This document shows positions 37,507 through 46,962 of a stretch of DNA of 64,000 nucleotides, piece after piece; the first letter of the stretch is position 1, and each line of letters opens with the position of its first letter. The notes below the pieces were generated by a model that made no database searches, had not been told where the DNA came from, and saw only the letters and a list, made by a program, of their open reading frames with translations. The DNA comes from Anaerolineae bacterium (lineage in GTDB: Bacteria > Chloroflexota > Anaerolineae > S140-20): NCBI GenBank assembly GCA_027021705.1, contig JALUTT010000145.1:32001-96000 (forward strand). The letters run 5' to 3'. Position numbers and translations under genes: made by a program.

Positions 37507-38048
37507 CCCTTGCCGCGCTGGAGGAGCCAGCTCAGACCGGCGAGGATGAGGAGCAGAGGCCAGAAGCGCAGCAGCGGGGCCAGGGATGCCGCCAGGCCCA
37601 GGGTGAAGACGAAAGCGATCAGCCCGACGAGGACGCTCCAAAAGCCCGCTTGCAGGGCCTCTCGGTCGCGCAGCCCTCCCAGCACGTACTGGGATAGGAA
37701 GGCGATACCGGCAATGAGGAAGAAGGCCGGCCAGAGCACCCTCATATCTCCCCAATCCACCCGCCCCACCTGCTCGAAAGGCAGGGTGATCCCCTCCAGC
37801 GTGAAGAGCAGGAAGAAGGCCCCCAGGAGGGTGGTCGAAACGCCGACGAAGATGAGGCCGGGGTCCCGGTCGGCACCGCTGGCGTACTGGAACAGGAAGG
37901 CCAGACCGGCCAATAGGATAAAGCCTGGCCAGAGTTCCCCCAGGCTGGGAAACCGCACGCCCTCGAGCAGCCCCAGGTTGTCCAGAAGGAAGTAGACCCC
38001 CAACAGGATCAGGATGAGCGCCGGAAGAAGAGACCTGCGTTGTTTCAT
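37503..38048 (-). CDS. Membrane protein with repeated LiaF/DUF5668-like WP motifs
   Basis: LILLGVYFLLDNLG, LWPGFILLAG, LWPAFFLIAG, FWPLLLILAG. Confidence 0.7.
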   Translation of the reverse strand: MKQRRSLLPALILILLGVYFLLDNLGLLEGVRFPSLGELWPGFILLAGLAFLFQYASGADRDPGLIFVGVSTTLLGAFFLLFTLEGITLPFEQVGRVDWGDMRVLWPAFFLIAGIAFLSQYVLGGLRDREALQAGFWSVLVGLIAFVFTLGLAASLAPLLRFWPLLLILAGLSWLLQRGKG

Positions 38049-38680
38049 TGCTCTCCTCTCAAGAAACCAAGTTCTCGGCGGATTTCCGATGCGGGGATCG
38101 CCCCCTCCCGCAGCAGGCGTGGCGGGTCCACGGTGCAGTCCACCACGGTGGAAGGAACTCCGCCGGGACAGGGGCCGCCGTCCAAGATGAGGGGAACCCG
38201 TCCGCCCAATTGGGCCAGGGCCTCCTGAGCGGTGCGGGGGCTGGGCTGTCCGGAGCGGTTGGCGCTGGTGGCGGCCAGCGGTGCGCCGGCCGCCCGGATG
38301 AGGGCCCGGACTCCCTCGTGGTCGGGCAGCCGGACGGCGACGGTCGGCCCAGGGCTGACCTCGGCGGGAACCTCCGGGCGCTTGGGCAGGACCAGGGTCA
38401 GCCCGCCGGGCCAGAAGCGGGCGATGAGTCGCCGGGCTGCCGGCGTCACCTTTGTCACTGCCTGTTCCAGGTCCTCAGGATCGGCGATCAGGAGGGGGAT
38501 GGCCTTCTCTCCGGGCCGGTCCTTGACCCGGTAGAGGCGGGCGACGGCCTGAGGGTGGGTGATCAGCGCCCCAACGCCGTAGACGGTGTCGGTGGGGAAG
38601 ATCACCAGGTCGCCGGACCGCAGCAGGGCGGCGGCCTGGGCGATGGCCTCTTCGCTCAGGGTGAGGATCCGGGTTTCCAC
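38045..38680 (-). CDS. tsaC: L-threonylcarbamoyladenylate synthase (TsaC/Sua5 YrdC domain)
   Basis: FPTDTVYG, KDRP..K, FWPGGLT, AATSANRSG, PSTVVD, LREGAI. Confidence 0.93.
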   Translation of the reverse strand: METRILTLSEEAIAQAAALLRSGDLVIFPTDTVYGVGALITHPQAVARLYRVKDRPGEKAIPLLIADPEDLEQAVTKVTPAARRLIARFWPGGLTLVLPKRPEVPAEVSPGPTVAVRLPDHEGVRALIRAAGAPLAATSANRSGQPSPRTAQEALAQLGGRVPLILDGGPCPGGVPSTVVDCTVDPPRLLREGAIPASEIRRELGFLRGEQ

Positions 38681-38695
38681 TCGGACCTCCGAGGT

Positions 38696-39769
38696 CTAAA
38701 TCTGCTCCAGGTAGGGGGCGATGGCCTCTAGGGTGGCAGGAATGGAGGCCGGGTTCCCTGCCTGCTGCATCGCCGTATCCGGGTCTTTCAGGCCGTGGCC
38801 GGTGAGCACGGCCACGACGACCTTTCCTTGCACCGAGAGCCGTCCGGCGGCCACCTCCTGGGCCAGGCCGGCCAGGCCCGTCGCCGAGGCCGGCTCGACG
38901 AAGACCCCCTCGATCCGGGCCAGGAGCGACCAGGTCCGCAGGATTGCCTCGTCGGGGACGGCCACGACCTGCCCGCCCGACTCCTCCAGGGCGGCCGCGG
39001 CCTCCCGCCACCGGGCCGGATTGCCGATGCGGATGGCCGTGGCCACCGTTTCCGGGTGCGGGATGGGGTGACCACGCACCAACGGGGCCGCACCCTCGGC
39101 CTGCACCCCCAGCAGGCGGGGCAGCCGGGCGATCTGCCCCATCGCGTGGTACTGGGTGAAACCCATCCAATAGGCGGTGATGTTGCCGGCGTTGCCCACG
39201 GGGAGCACCAGCCAGTCGGGGGCGTCTCCCAACTGGTCGCAGACCTCGAAGGCGGCGGTCTTCTGTCCCTCCAGCCGGTAGGGGTTGAGGGAGTTGACCA
39301 GGGCGACGGGGTAGCGCTCGACGGCCTCCCGGACCAGGCGGAGCCCCTCGTCGAAGGAGCCATCAATGGCCAGCACCTGAGCTCCGTAGGCCAAGGAGGC
39401 GGCCAGCTTGCCCAGGGCGATCTTGCCGCCGGGCACCACGACGATGCCCCGCACGCCGGCGCGGGCCGCGTAGGCGGCCGCCGAGGCCGCCGTGTTGCCC
39501 GTGCTGGCACAGATCACCGCCCTGGCCCCTTCGGCCACGGCCTGGCTGACGGCCACCGTCATCCCTCGGTCCTTGAAGGAACCGGTTGGATTCAGCCCTT
39601 CGTACTTGAGATAGAGAGCACAAGAGAGCCCCAGAGCTTCGGCCAGACGGGGAGCCGGGATGAGGGGGGTGTTGCCCTCCAGCAGGGTGATGGCTGGCGC
39701 GTCGGGGGCGAGCCGGATTAGCGAACGATAGCGGGCGATGACCCCTGGCCAAGGGCTCCTTTCTTCCAT
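38696..39769 (-). CDS. thrC: Threonine synthase
   Basis: EGNTPL, EGLNPTGSFKDRG, CASTGNT, EGQKT, PVGNAGN, EPASA, TGHGLKDP. Confidence 0.95.
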   Translation of the reverse strand: MEERSPWPGVIARYRSLIRLAPDAPAITLLEGNTPLIPAPRLAEALGLSCALYLKYEGLNPTGSFKDRGMTVAVSQAVAEGARAVICASTGNTAASAAAYAARAGVRGIVVVPGGKIALGKLAASLAYGAQVLAIDGSFDEGLRLVREAVERYPVALVNSLNPYRLEGQKTAAFEVCDQLGDAPDWLVLPVGNAGNITAYWMGFTQYHAMGQIARLPRLLGVQAEGAAPLVRGHPIPHPETVATAIRIGNPARWREAAAALEESGGQVVAVPDEAILRTWSLLARIEGVFVEPASATGLAGLAQEVAAGRLSVQGKVVVAVLTGHGLKDPDTAMQQAGNPASIPATLEAIAPYLEQI

Positions 39770-39779
39770 ACTGGACCTC

Positions 39780-40937
39780 TTACCCGCTCGTGATGGGGAT
39801 CTGGACGGTGAAGGTGCTGCCCTTGCCCTCCTCGCTCTCCACACGGATCTCCCCTTTGTGAAGCTGGACCACGTGCTGAGCCAGGGGGAGCCCCAGGCCG
39901 ATACCCCCGAAGAGACGATCCCCGATCCGCTCCCGACGGGTAAAGGGCTCGAAGATTTTGTCCAGGAACTCGGCCGGGATACCTACTCCGTGATCGGTGA
40001 TCCGGACTTGGGCCATGTTGTCCGTCCGTCCTACGTGGACGATGATCTCGCCTCCTCCCTGGCCGAACTTCACTGCGTTGTCCATCAGAGCCATCAGAGC
40101 CCGACGCAGCCCCTCGGCGTCCCCCAGGATAGGCGGAAGCCCGGGCTCCACCGAAAAGCGGATCTCCAGGCCCGCCTCGTCGGCCTTGGGGCGGATGGCC
40201 TGGAGGGCCTCCATGGCGACCTCCGCGAGAGAGACGGGCTCGAAATCGGGGGTGATGAGGTCCAGCTCCTGGAGGAAGAGGATGTTGTTCACCAGGTGAA
40301 CGACGGTCTCCACGTTTTTGAGCACCGTCTCCAGCGTCTGTTGGAGCTGCTCTCCCTGCACGAGGCCCTTGGAGGCAAGCTGAAGGTACCCTTTGGCGGT
40401 GGTCAGCGGCGTGCGCAGTTCGTGGGCCACCGTGGTGAGGAATTCGGAGCGGAGTCGCTGCTGTTCCTCTAGCTGGGCGTTCTTCAGGCGTAACTCGGCG
40501 ATGGCCCGCTGGTCGGCATCCCGTAGCCGGGCCGTGACCTTGCGCACGATGGCCAAGGCCAGGCCAGGGCTCTGTTGGAGCAGGGCCTCGAAGTCCTCCT
40601 TGCTGATCTCCAGGAAGGTGCTCTCTGCCACGGTGCGTACTGTGGCCGCCCGAGGCTGCTCTTCGATCAGGGCCATCTCCCCGAAGAACTCGCCGGGACC
40701 GTGGTGCTGGAGGAGCAGGTGTTCTTTGCCCTCCAGGTGTTTGGTCACCCTCACCTCTCCGTCGCAGATGATGTAGAAAGTGTCCTCCATCTCGCCTTCG
40801 TGACAGAGGATGGTGTCAGGAGGGTAGGTCCGGCGACGGGAGACCCGGAGCAGGGCCTTCAGTTCCTCGTCCTCCAGCATAGGAAAGAGATCCTGCAGCA
40901 TTGCCAGCAACTTCTCATTCTCGTCCATCGTCGTCAC
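39780..40937 (-). CDS. Cyclic-nucleotide-binding-domain sensor histidine kinase
   Basis: GEFFGEMAL..PRAATVR (CNBD). AHELRTPL, DNAVKF, DHGVGI, GIGLGL. Confidence 0.9.
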   Translation of the reverse strand: MTTMDENEKLLAMLQDLFPMLEDEELKALLRVSRRRTYPPDTILCHEGEMEDTFYIICDGEVRVTKHLEGKEHLLLQHHGPGEFFGEMALIEEQPRAATVRTVAESTFLEISKEDFEALLQQSPGLALAIVRKVTARLRDADQRAIAELRLKNAQLEEQQRLRSEFLTTVAHELRTPLTTAKGYLQLASKGLVQGEQLQQTLETVLKNVETVVHLVNNILFLQELDLITPDFEPVSLAEVAMEALQAIRPKADEAGLEIRFSVEPGLPPILGDAEGLRRALMALMDNAVKFGQGGGEIIVHVGRTDNMAQVRITDHGVGIPAEFLDKIFEPFTRRERIGDRLFGGIGLGLPLAQHVVQLHKGEIRVESEEGKGSTFTVQIPITSG

Positions 40938-41053
40938 TCCTTACCCGGTTCTACGGACCCCATAGCGTGCACACCGGTAAGCGTCAGCCCGGGGAGGTGG
41001 CTTCGATGCCTATTATACCATAACTCCCCTGAGAGCAAACCTGACAGGGGAGA

Positions 41054-41082
41054 TTGACACAAAGGGGAGGGCGTTGTACAAT
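41054..41082 (+). promoter_or_regulatory. Near-consensus sigma70-type promoter for the roadblock gene
   Basis: TTGACA-17 nt-TACAAT. Confidence 0.7.
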
Positions 41083-41131
41083 GGAGCCGTCCCCAATCCC
41101 ACCGCTCAGCTCAGGAAGGCGAGGTTCCCCT

Positions 41132-41548
41132 ATGGCCACCAAGTACCGGGAAGAGCAGTTGGAACGGATGCTGCGGGAGGAGATCCACGAGCGCATCGAG
41201 GGCGTGCGGGGCTCTGTGGTCATCACCACCAACGGCCTGGTGGTGGCCAGCTACCCCTCGGTGCGGGGTCAGGACCCGCAGGCGGATCCGGCCAGCGGCC
41301 ATTGGGTGGCCGCTCTGGCGGCCGAGATTATCTCCCAGAGCCGGAAGGCCTTTGGCCGGCTGGCTCAAGGGCGCGTCCGGCGCGTCCTGGTGGAAGGCGA
41401 GACCGGTAGCATGATCGTCGTGCCGGCCGGCGATCACGCTGCCCTGGCCGTGATGATCGCCCCCGAGGTCAAGCTGGGGCTGGCGATGTTCCAGATCGGT
41501 CAGGTGGCGGAGCGGGTTGGTGCTTTCCTCGTCCGGGCCGGTCGGTAG
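41132..41548 (+). CDS. Roadblock/LC7 (MglB-like) protein
   Basis: GVRGSVVITTNGLVVAS, VAALAA, LAQGRVRRVLVEGETG, VKLGL. Confidence 0.85.
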   Translation: MATKYREEQLERMLREEIHERIEGVRGSVVITTNGLVVASYPSVRGQDPQADPASGHWVAALAAEIISQSRKAFGRLAQGRVRRVLVEGETGSMIVVPAGDHAALAVMIAPEVKLGLAMFQIGQVAERVGAFLVRAGR

Positions 41549-41623
41549 GAGTCGCCTGGAGAGGATGGAGGGCTGGTCTCCATCGGTGAACGGCGGCCTT
41601 GGGAAAGCCGGGGAGGTCGGCGG

Positions 41624-42790
41624 CTACCGCTTTCGGAGACGGGCCAGCCGGCGGGTAGCCTCCCGAAGGGTGCTCTCCCGTTTGGCGAAGGTGAAGCGTA
41701 CCGTCTGAGCGCCGTCGGCCGGCCGGTGGTAGAAGCTGGAGCCGGGGACGACGGCCACACCGATCTCCCTCACCAGGTGGGTGGCGAAGGCCCAATCGTC
41801 GGCGAAGCCGAAGGGCGTGATCTCGGCCATCACGTAGTAGGCCCCCTGGGGTGGGGTGAAGGGGAACCCGGTCGCCTCCAACGCCTCCAGCAGGATCGCC
41901 CGCCGACGGTGGTAGTCGGCCCTGAGCTGGTCGTAGTAGGTCGGTGGGAGCCTCAGCGCGGTGATGCCGGCCACCTGAAAGGGGGTGGGGGCGCAGATGG
42001 TCAGGTAGTCGTGGGCCTTGCGGATGAGGGCGGTGAGGGATGGGGCCGCCACCGTCCAGCCCACCCGCCATCCGGTCACCGCGTAGCTTTTCCCCAGTCC
42101 GCTCACCGTCACCGTGCGTTCGGCCATGCTCGGCAGCGTGGCCAGGCTGATGTGACGGTGCTCCCCGTAGGTGATGTACTCGTAGATCTCGTCCACCACG
42201 GCGATCACGTTCCGCCGGACGCAGAAGTCGGCGATGGCGGCCAGCTCCTCTCGGCGGAAGACACGACCTGTCGGGTTGTCGGGGTTGGTCAGCAGGAGCA
42301 GCCGGGTGCGGGGGCTCCAGGCTGCCTCCAGCTCCTCGGGATCGAGGGTGTAGGCCGGGGGGCGCAGGGAGACGTAGCGAGGGATGAGGCCGGCCATCAG
42401 ACAGGCCGGGACGTAGTTCTCGTAGTAGGGCTCCAGGATGATCGCCTCGTCGCCGGGGTCGCTCAGGGCCAGGACGGCGGCAACCACCCCTTCGGAGACG
42501 CCACAGGTAACGGTGACCTCTTGCTCCGGATCCACCTCCAGATCGTTGTCCCGGCGGTACTTCTCGGCGATGGCGGCCCGGAAGCGGGGGTCTCCCCAGG
42601 TGAAGCTGTACTGGTTGGCTCCCTGCCGAAGGGCCTCGATGGCAGCGGCCCGGACGGGCTCCGGTGGGTCGAAGTCGGGCAGCCCCTGGGAGAGGTTGAC
42701 GGCGGCGTGCTCCTCGGCCAGCCGGGTCATCTCCCGGATGACCGATTCGATGAAGGGCTGGGTACGGGCGGCGAGGGGCGGTGGGGTCAT
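41624..42790 (-). CDS. PLP-dependent class I/II aminotransferase
   Basis: ESVIREMT, NLSQGLPD, NPDNPTG, DEIYE, GLGKSYAVTGWRVG. Confidence 0.92.
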   Translation of the reverse strand: MTPPPLAARTQPFIESVIREMTRLAEEHAAVNLSQGLPDFDPPEPVRAAAIEALRQGANQYSFTWGDPRFRAAIAEKYRRDNDLEVDPEQEVTVTCGVSEGVVAAVLALSDPGDEAIILEPYYENYVPACLMAGLIPRYVSLRPPAYTLDPEELEAAWSPRTRLLLLTNPDNPTGRVFRREELAAIADFCVRRNVIAVVDEIYEYITYGEHRHISLATLPSMAERTVTVSGLGKSYAVTGWRVGWTVAAPSLTALIRKAHDYLTICAPTPFQVAGITALRLPPTYYDQLRADYHRRRAILLEALEATGFPFTPPQGAYYVMAEITPFGFADDWAFATHLVREIGVAVVPGSSFYHRPADGAQTVRFTFAKRESTLREATRRLARLRKR

Positions 42791-43803
42791 CGGTGGAACG
42801 CTTCCACGGTCTGTCGCCAGAAGGCGTCGTCCTGGCCGGGGACGAAGGGAAGGTAGTAGGCGACACGGTCCAGCAGGCCCTGATAGCGGGCCTGGACCTG
42901 TTCGGCCAGGGCCTCGGGCGGGGCGATGACGGCGAAGCTCTCCAGCATCTCGTCGCTGATGAGGGCCGGCATCTCGCCCCATCGCTGCCGTGCCGCCAGC
43001 CGGGAGAGCTGTTCTCCGACCTCCCCCCAACCGTGCACCTCCAGCACAGGGCGGTAGGAGGGGGTGGAGGCGTAGAAGGCGATCTGGGCGCGGACCTCCT
43101 CCCGGCGGCGGACCATTTCTTCCTCGTCCCGGCCGGTGATGACGAAAATGGAACTGGTCAGGGCGATCTCCTCGCGGCGGCGACCGGTCCGGGTCAGGCC
43201 CTCCTCGATGGCCGGCAGGATTCGCTCCCGCAGGTAGCGCACCGAGTGGTAGGGGTGGACGTGGAAGCCGTCGGCCAACTCGCCGGCCAGCCGACAGAGA
43301 TGGCGGTTGGTGCCGGCGATGTAGATGGGGATGCGAGGATGGGGGATGGGGCCGGGGTTGAAGAAGGGGCTCATCAGCGTGAGCTTGTAGAAGCGCCCTC
43401 GGTAGTTGAGGCGCGTTCCCTCCTGCCAACAGCGCCAGACGGCCCGGATCGCCTCAATGACCTCGCGTAGCCGTGGAGCGGGGGCCTCCCAAGGCATCCC
43501 GAAGCGGCGTTCGATGTGGGCCTTGACCTGGGTGCCCAATCCCAGGATGAAGCGGCCTTCGGAGAGGGCGGCCAGGTCCCAGGCGGTGTAGGCGATCTCG
43601 GTGGGGCTGCGGGTGAAGGCCAGGGCGATGGCCGTTCCCAGCTCGATGCGTCGGGTCGCCTGGGCGGCCAGGGCCAGCAGCAGGAAGGGATCGTGGGTGG
43701 TCTGGGGCACCCAGAGGCCATCAAAGCCCAGCGCTTCGGCGGCTTGGGCGATGGCCGGGACCTCCTGGGGACGTTGAACGTTCAGGATGGCATCAATTTT
43801 CAT
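42787..43803 (-). CDS. LLM-class (probably F420-dependent) oxidoreductase
   Basis: HDPFL, IALAFTRSP, FILGLGTQVKAHIERRFG, LMSPFFNPGP, IAFYASTPSY. Confidence 0.88.
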   Translation of the reverse strand: MKIDAILNVQRPQEVPAIAQAAEALGFDGLWVPQTTHDPFLLLALAAQATRRIELGTAIALAFTRSPTEIAYTAWDLAALSEGRFILGLGTQVKAHIERRFGMPWEAPAPRLREVIEAIRAVWRCWQEGTRLNYRGRFYKLTLMSPFFNPGPIPHPRIPIYIAGTNRHLCRLAGELADGFHVHPYHSVRYLRERILPAIEEGLTRTGRRREEIALTSSIFVITGRDEEEMVRRREEVRAQIAFYASTPSYRPVLEVHGWGEVGEQLSRLAARQRWGEMPALISDEMLESFAVIAPPEALAEQVQARYQGLLDRVAYYLPFVPGQDDAFWRQTVEAFHR

Positions 43804-43822
43804 TGCGGTGTGTCGTTGGGGA

Positions 43823-44512
43823 TTATGGGTCCGGCAGGAAACGGGTTTGGGCGTAGATGAGATCGTCCCGATCCTCCCGGATGAAGACGACATCTATGTA
43901 GACCCAATAGCCGGGTGGGGCATCACCGATGTTCATCGTGCAGGCGGCTACCCCGTCAATGTTGGTGAAGGTCCGGCAGTAGTCGGTGCGTCCTGTTGGA
44001 TAGCGCCAGGTCATCCCGACCTGGGTGTAGCGGGCCGGCTTCCCCTCCAGGTAGAGGCTGGCGTAGGCGGTGATCGTCTCCCCAGGGGCCGGCCACCAGT
44101 TGTCCACCCAAGCCCAGGCGCTGATAGGGGCCAGGGTCGCGCGGGGGCGGGGGGTTGCCGTGGGCCGGGGCGTCGGCGTGGCCGTCGGGGGTGGGGTCGG
44201 TGAGGGGAGAGGGGACTGGAAGGGTGTAGCCGTCGGTGTGGCCGTTGGCGTAGGCGTCTTCGTCGGTGTGGGTGAGGGGGACAGGGTGGCTGTTGCTGTC
44301 GCCGTAGGGGTCGTCGTTGCCGTCGGGGTGATGGTGGGAGAGGTCTGGAGCGCCGCCTTCGCCTTCGAAGGCACGACCGGAGGCGCTGCCTGGATGGCAG
44401 TTCCCCAAGCCAATAACACACAGGCCAGCAGCGCGAGAAAGAGGCCCGTGACCAGCATCAGCAGGAAAAGGCGGAGCTGAGGGCGGATGGGATGGGCGTA
44501 GGCGTCCATCAT
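43823..44512 (-). CDS. Secreted or membrane-anchored Pro/Thr-rich hypothetical protein
   Basis: Hydrophobic N-terminus, (TPTAT)n linker, small beta-rich C-terminal domain with two Cys. Confidence 0.65.
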   Translation of the reverse strand: MMDAYAHPIRPQLRLFLLMLVTGLFLALLACVLLAWGTAIQAAPPVVPSKAKAALQTSPTITPTATTTPTATATATLSPSPTPTKTPTPTATPTATPFQSPLPSPTPPPTATPTPRPTATPRPRATLAPISAWAWVDNWWPAPGETITAYASLYLEGKPARYTQVGMTWRYPTGRTDYCRTFTNIDGVAACTMNIGDAPPGYWVYIDVVFIREDRDDLIYAQTRFLPDP

Positions 44513-44556
44513 CAGTATCCTCGGAAAGGGCTGACATCGGGAGCGATACACCGCTC

Positions 44557-44674
44557 GTGTTCACCCTCCCGCGGGTTAGGCGCGTTTCCGACGCGAAACC
44601 GCGCTTCAAATAGCCCATCGGGGCTGAAAGCGCCTTCGACCGGTAACCTGCAGGAGGGGAGGCTGAATAGATAC
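44557..44674 (+). mobile_element. 122-bp MITE, copy 3 (4-nt deletion in left TIR)
   Basis: Perfect 8-bp duplication CACCGCTC at 44549-44556 and 44675-44682. Confidence 0.88.
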
Positions 44675-44682
44675 CACCGCTC

Positions 44683-44710
44683 ATTTTAGCACAGTTTGGG
44701 GGGAAGGCAA
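44683..44710 (-). promoter_or_regulatory. Putative promoter abutting MITE copy 3
   Basis: TTGCCT-16 nt-TAAAAT with TG extension. The TSD starts directly after the -10 box. Confidence 0.55.
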
Positions 44711-44808
44711 GGGAGCGTCGAGTTCTCAAAGCAGGCTTTCCCGACCGCGGGTGCCAACCGTGTACGGGTTCGCCATCGGTTGGGCGGGGTAGAGGCTCAC
44801 GCCGGGCC

Positions 44809-44851
44809 GGGGGTTCCAGGGCTGCGGGAAGCTTTGCAGCCCCGGAACCCC
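44809..44851. terminator. GC-rich hairpin downstream of the beta-propeller gene
   Basis: GGGGTTCCAGGGCTGC...GCAGCCCCGGAACCCC. Confidence 0.4.
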
Positions 44852-44942
44852 TGTTTCAAAATGGCGTCGGGGTCGCAGATCCTCGGAGATGCCCGGATGC
44901 TTCACCTGCGCCCGAACTCGACCTCCGCCGTCCGTCCCCCGA

Positions 44943-46790
44943 TCAGGGGTTCTTGAGGGTGACGGGTAGGTAGACCCGTCGCGTCTCACCCAGCACGGCG
45001 AAGAGAGAGAGATGGCTGAGGGGAGCCGTCACCGTGTTGTCGGCAGCATCCACCACGCTGCCGGCCTCTTTTGTCCACTGGCTCCCCGTCCAGTAGTAGA
45101 GCGCCAACGTGCTCTCGATGGCCGGCCCTTTTTCCTCGTCGTTGTAGGAGATGGTGATGGTGTAGCTCTTCCCGGAGGCGGGTTGGGCGGGGAGGCCCGT
45201 GGCCTCATAGACGGCCTCGATGTCGAAGAAGCGGTCTATGCCGGTTAGGTCGCTCCCCGGCGACGGAGCGTTCTCGGATGCACGGGCTGTGCAGGTCACC
45301 ACCGCCGTGTCGGTGAAGGTGTTCGGCGGGAAGTCCAGGACGATGCCGGAGGCTGCCAGCAGCCCGCCGGAGGTCGGGATGGTCATCGCCACGGGGCTTC
45401 GGACCTGCCTGTCGCGGACAAAGATGTCCCGCTGGTTATTGGTGTCGCCTGAGACCAGGTTGCTGGCGTCGGATCCGAAAGCGACATAGTGGCCGTCGGC
45501 CGACACTGAGGGATTCCAACTGTCACCGTAGGCCTCGGTTCCATCGGAAGCGATAGAGACACAGGCGGTTTGGTTGGTTGACCGGTCCCGGACGAAGACG
45601 TGTCGGGCGGCATAGCTGCAGGTCGAGTCCAGATCGTAGGCGTTCGACACGAAGGCGATAAACCGACCGTTGAAGGAGATGGATGGGGCCTCGCTGAACC
45701 CGTCCCCTTCCGAGCCGCTGGAGGAGACGGAGATGCGGGTGGTAGTTCCACCCCTCCAGTCGCGGAGAAAGATGTCCGCGTATCCGTTGGTGTCGGAGGA
45801 GACCAGGTTGGTGGCAGAGGAGGCGAAGGCCACGTAGCGCCCATCGGCCGAGATGGAAGCGCTCGTGCTGTTGCCGTTGCCCTCCGTCCCGTCGGAGGCG
45901 ACGCTGATGCGGATGGTGCTGATTCCTCCCGGCTCGTCGAAGACCCCATCCTCATCGGCATCCCGGTCGTGGAGGAAGATGTCGGTCTGGGAATTGGTGT
46001 CTCCGGTGACCAGGTTGTCGGCGCCGGACTCGAAGACGACGAAACGGCCATCGGCGGAGATGTCGGGGTAGTAGCTGTCGCCGTTCGCCTGGGTGCCGTC
46101 GGAGGCGACGCTGACGCGGACGGTGCTCACCTTCCCCGACTCGTCGAAGACGCCATTCCCATCGGTATCCCGGTCGTGGACAAAGATGTCGCAGGCGCTG
46201 TTGGTATCCGAAGCGACCAGGTTTGTGGCGCAGGACCAGAAGGCCACGAAGCGGCCGTCGGCGGAGATGGCGGGGTCGTTGGAGCCTCCGTATTGGCCCT
46301 GGGAGCCATCGCTGGCCACACTGACCCGGACGGTCTTGCCGAGTTCTCTGTCGCGCACGAACACATCCACCCAGTTGTTGGTGTCTCCGCTCACCAGGTT
46401 GGTGGCGTAGGAGGCAAAGGCCACGAAGCGGCCATCGGCGGAGATGGCGGGGGCGTAGCTGTGCCCGTTGGCCTCACTCCCGTCGCTGGCCACGCTGACC
46501 CGGCTGAGGGAGCGCATCGCCCGGTCGTAGACGAAGATGTCGTCCCGGCCGTTGTTGTCACCGAGGACGAGGTTGGTGGCATTGGACGCGAAAGCGACGA
46601 AGCGGCTGTTGGCGGAGATGGCGGGGAAGGAGCTGCCCCCGTTGGCCTCCTCGCTGTAGAGCCCAAGGGAGATGCGCTGGGTCGCACCGCCCGATTGAGC
46701 CCCTGCGTCCTTCGGCGGGCTGCCGAGAGCCCCCACCATCAGGCTCGCGGACAGCAAGCAGACGACAAGTATCGTGGTATGGGGTTTCAT
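44943..46790 (-). CDS. Secreted TolB-like beta-propeller repeat protein with C-terminal VYLPV motif
   Basis: Signal peptide. Seven repeats of the type RVSVASDG..NG.S..PAISADGRFVAF.S.ATNLV.GDTN. Ends RRVYLPVTLKNP. Confidence 0.88.
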   Translation of the reverse strand: MKPHTTILVVCLLSASLMVGALGSPPKDAGAQSGGATQRISLGLYSEEANGGSSFPAISANSRFVAFASNATNLVLGDNNGRDDIFVYDRAMRSLSRVSVASDGSEANGHSYAPAISADGRFVAFASYATNLVSGDTNNWVDVFVRDRELGKTVRVSVASDGSQGQYGGSNDPAISADGRFVAFWSCATNLVASDTNSACDIFVHDRDTDGNGVFDESGKVSTVRVSVASDGTQANGDSYYPDISADGRFVVFESGADNLVTGDTNSQTDIFLHDRDADEDGVFDEPGGISTIRISVASDGTEGNGNSTSASISADGRYVAFASSATNLVSSDTNGYADIFLRDWRGGTTTRISVSSSGSEGDGFSEAPSISFNGRFIAFVSNAYDLDSTCSYAARHVFVRDRSTNQTACVSIASDGTEAYGDSWNPSVSADGHYVAFGSDASNLVSGDTNNQRDIFVRDRQVRSPVAMTIPTSGGLLAASGIVLDFPPNTFTDTAVVTCTARASENAPSPGSDLTGIDRFFDIEAVYEATGLPAQPASGKSYTITISYNDEEKGPAIESTLALYYWTGSQWTKEAGSVVDAADNTVTAPLSHLSLFAVLGETRRVYLPVTLKNP

Positions 46791-46962
46791 TGTTGGCTCC
46801 TTTGGTAGGCTCTGCTGGTCAAGCCAGCCAGATCCGCGACGCACTCCGTGACGGTGTGCGTTGGGGTATCGTCGCTTTTCCGGCTGCCTCATCGGGCAGT
46901 CCGTAAGGACGACAACTCCCGGACGGGGGCCCTGCATCTATGTGGCTTGTTAAGGTGTTCTT

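Noticed and set aside
46860..46925. Hammerhead-like words (CCGATGA...GAAA) on the minus strand
   Set aside because: The core deviates from CUGAUGA and stem II cannot form properly.
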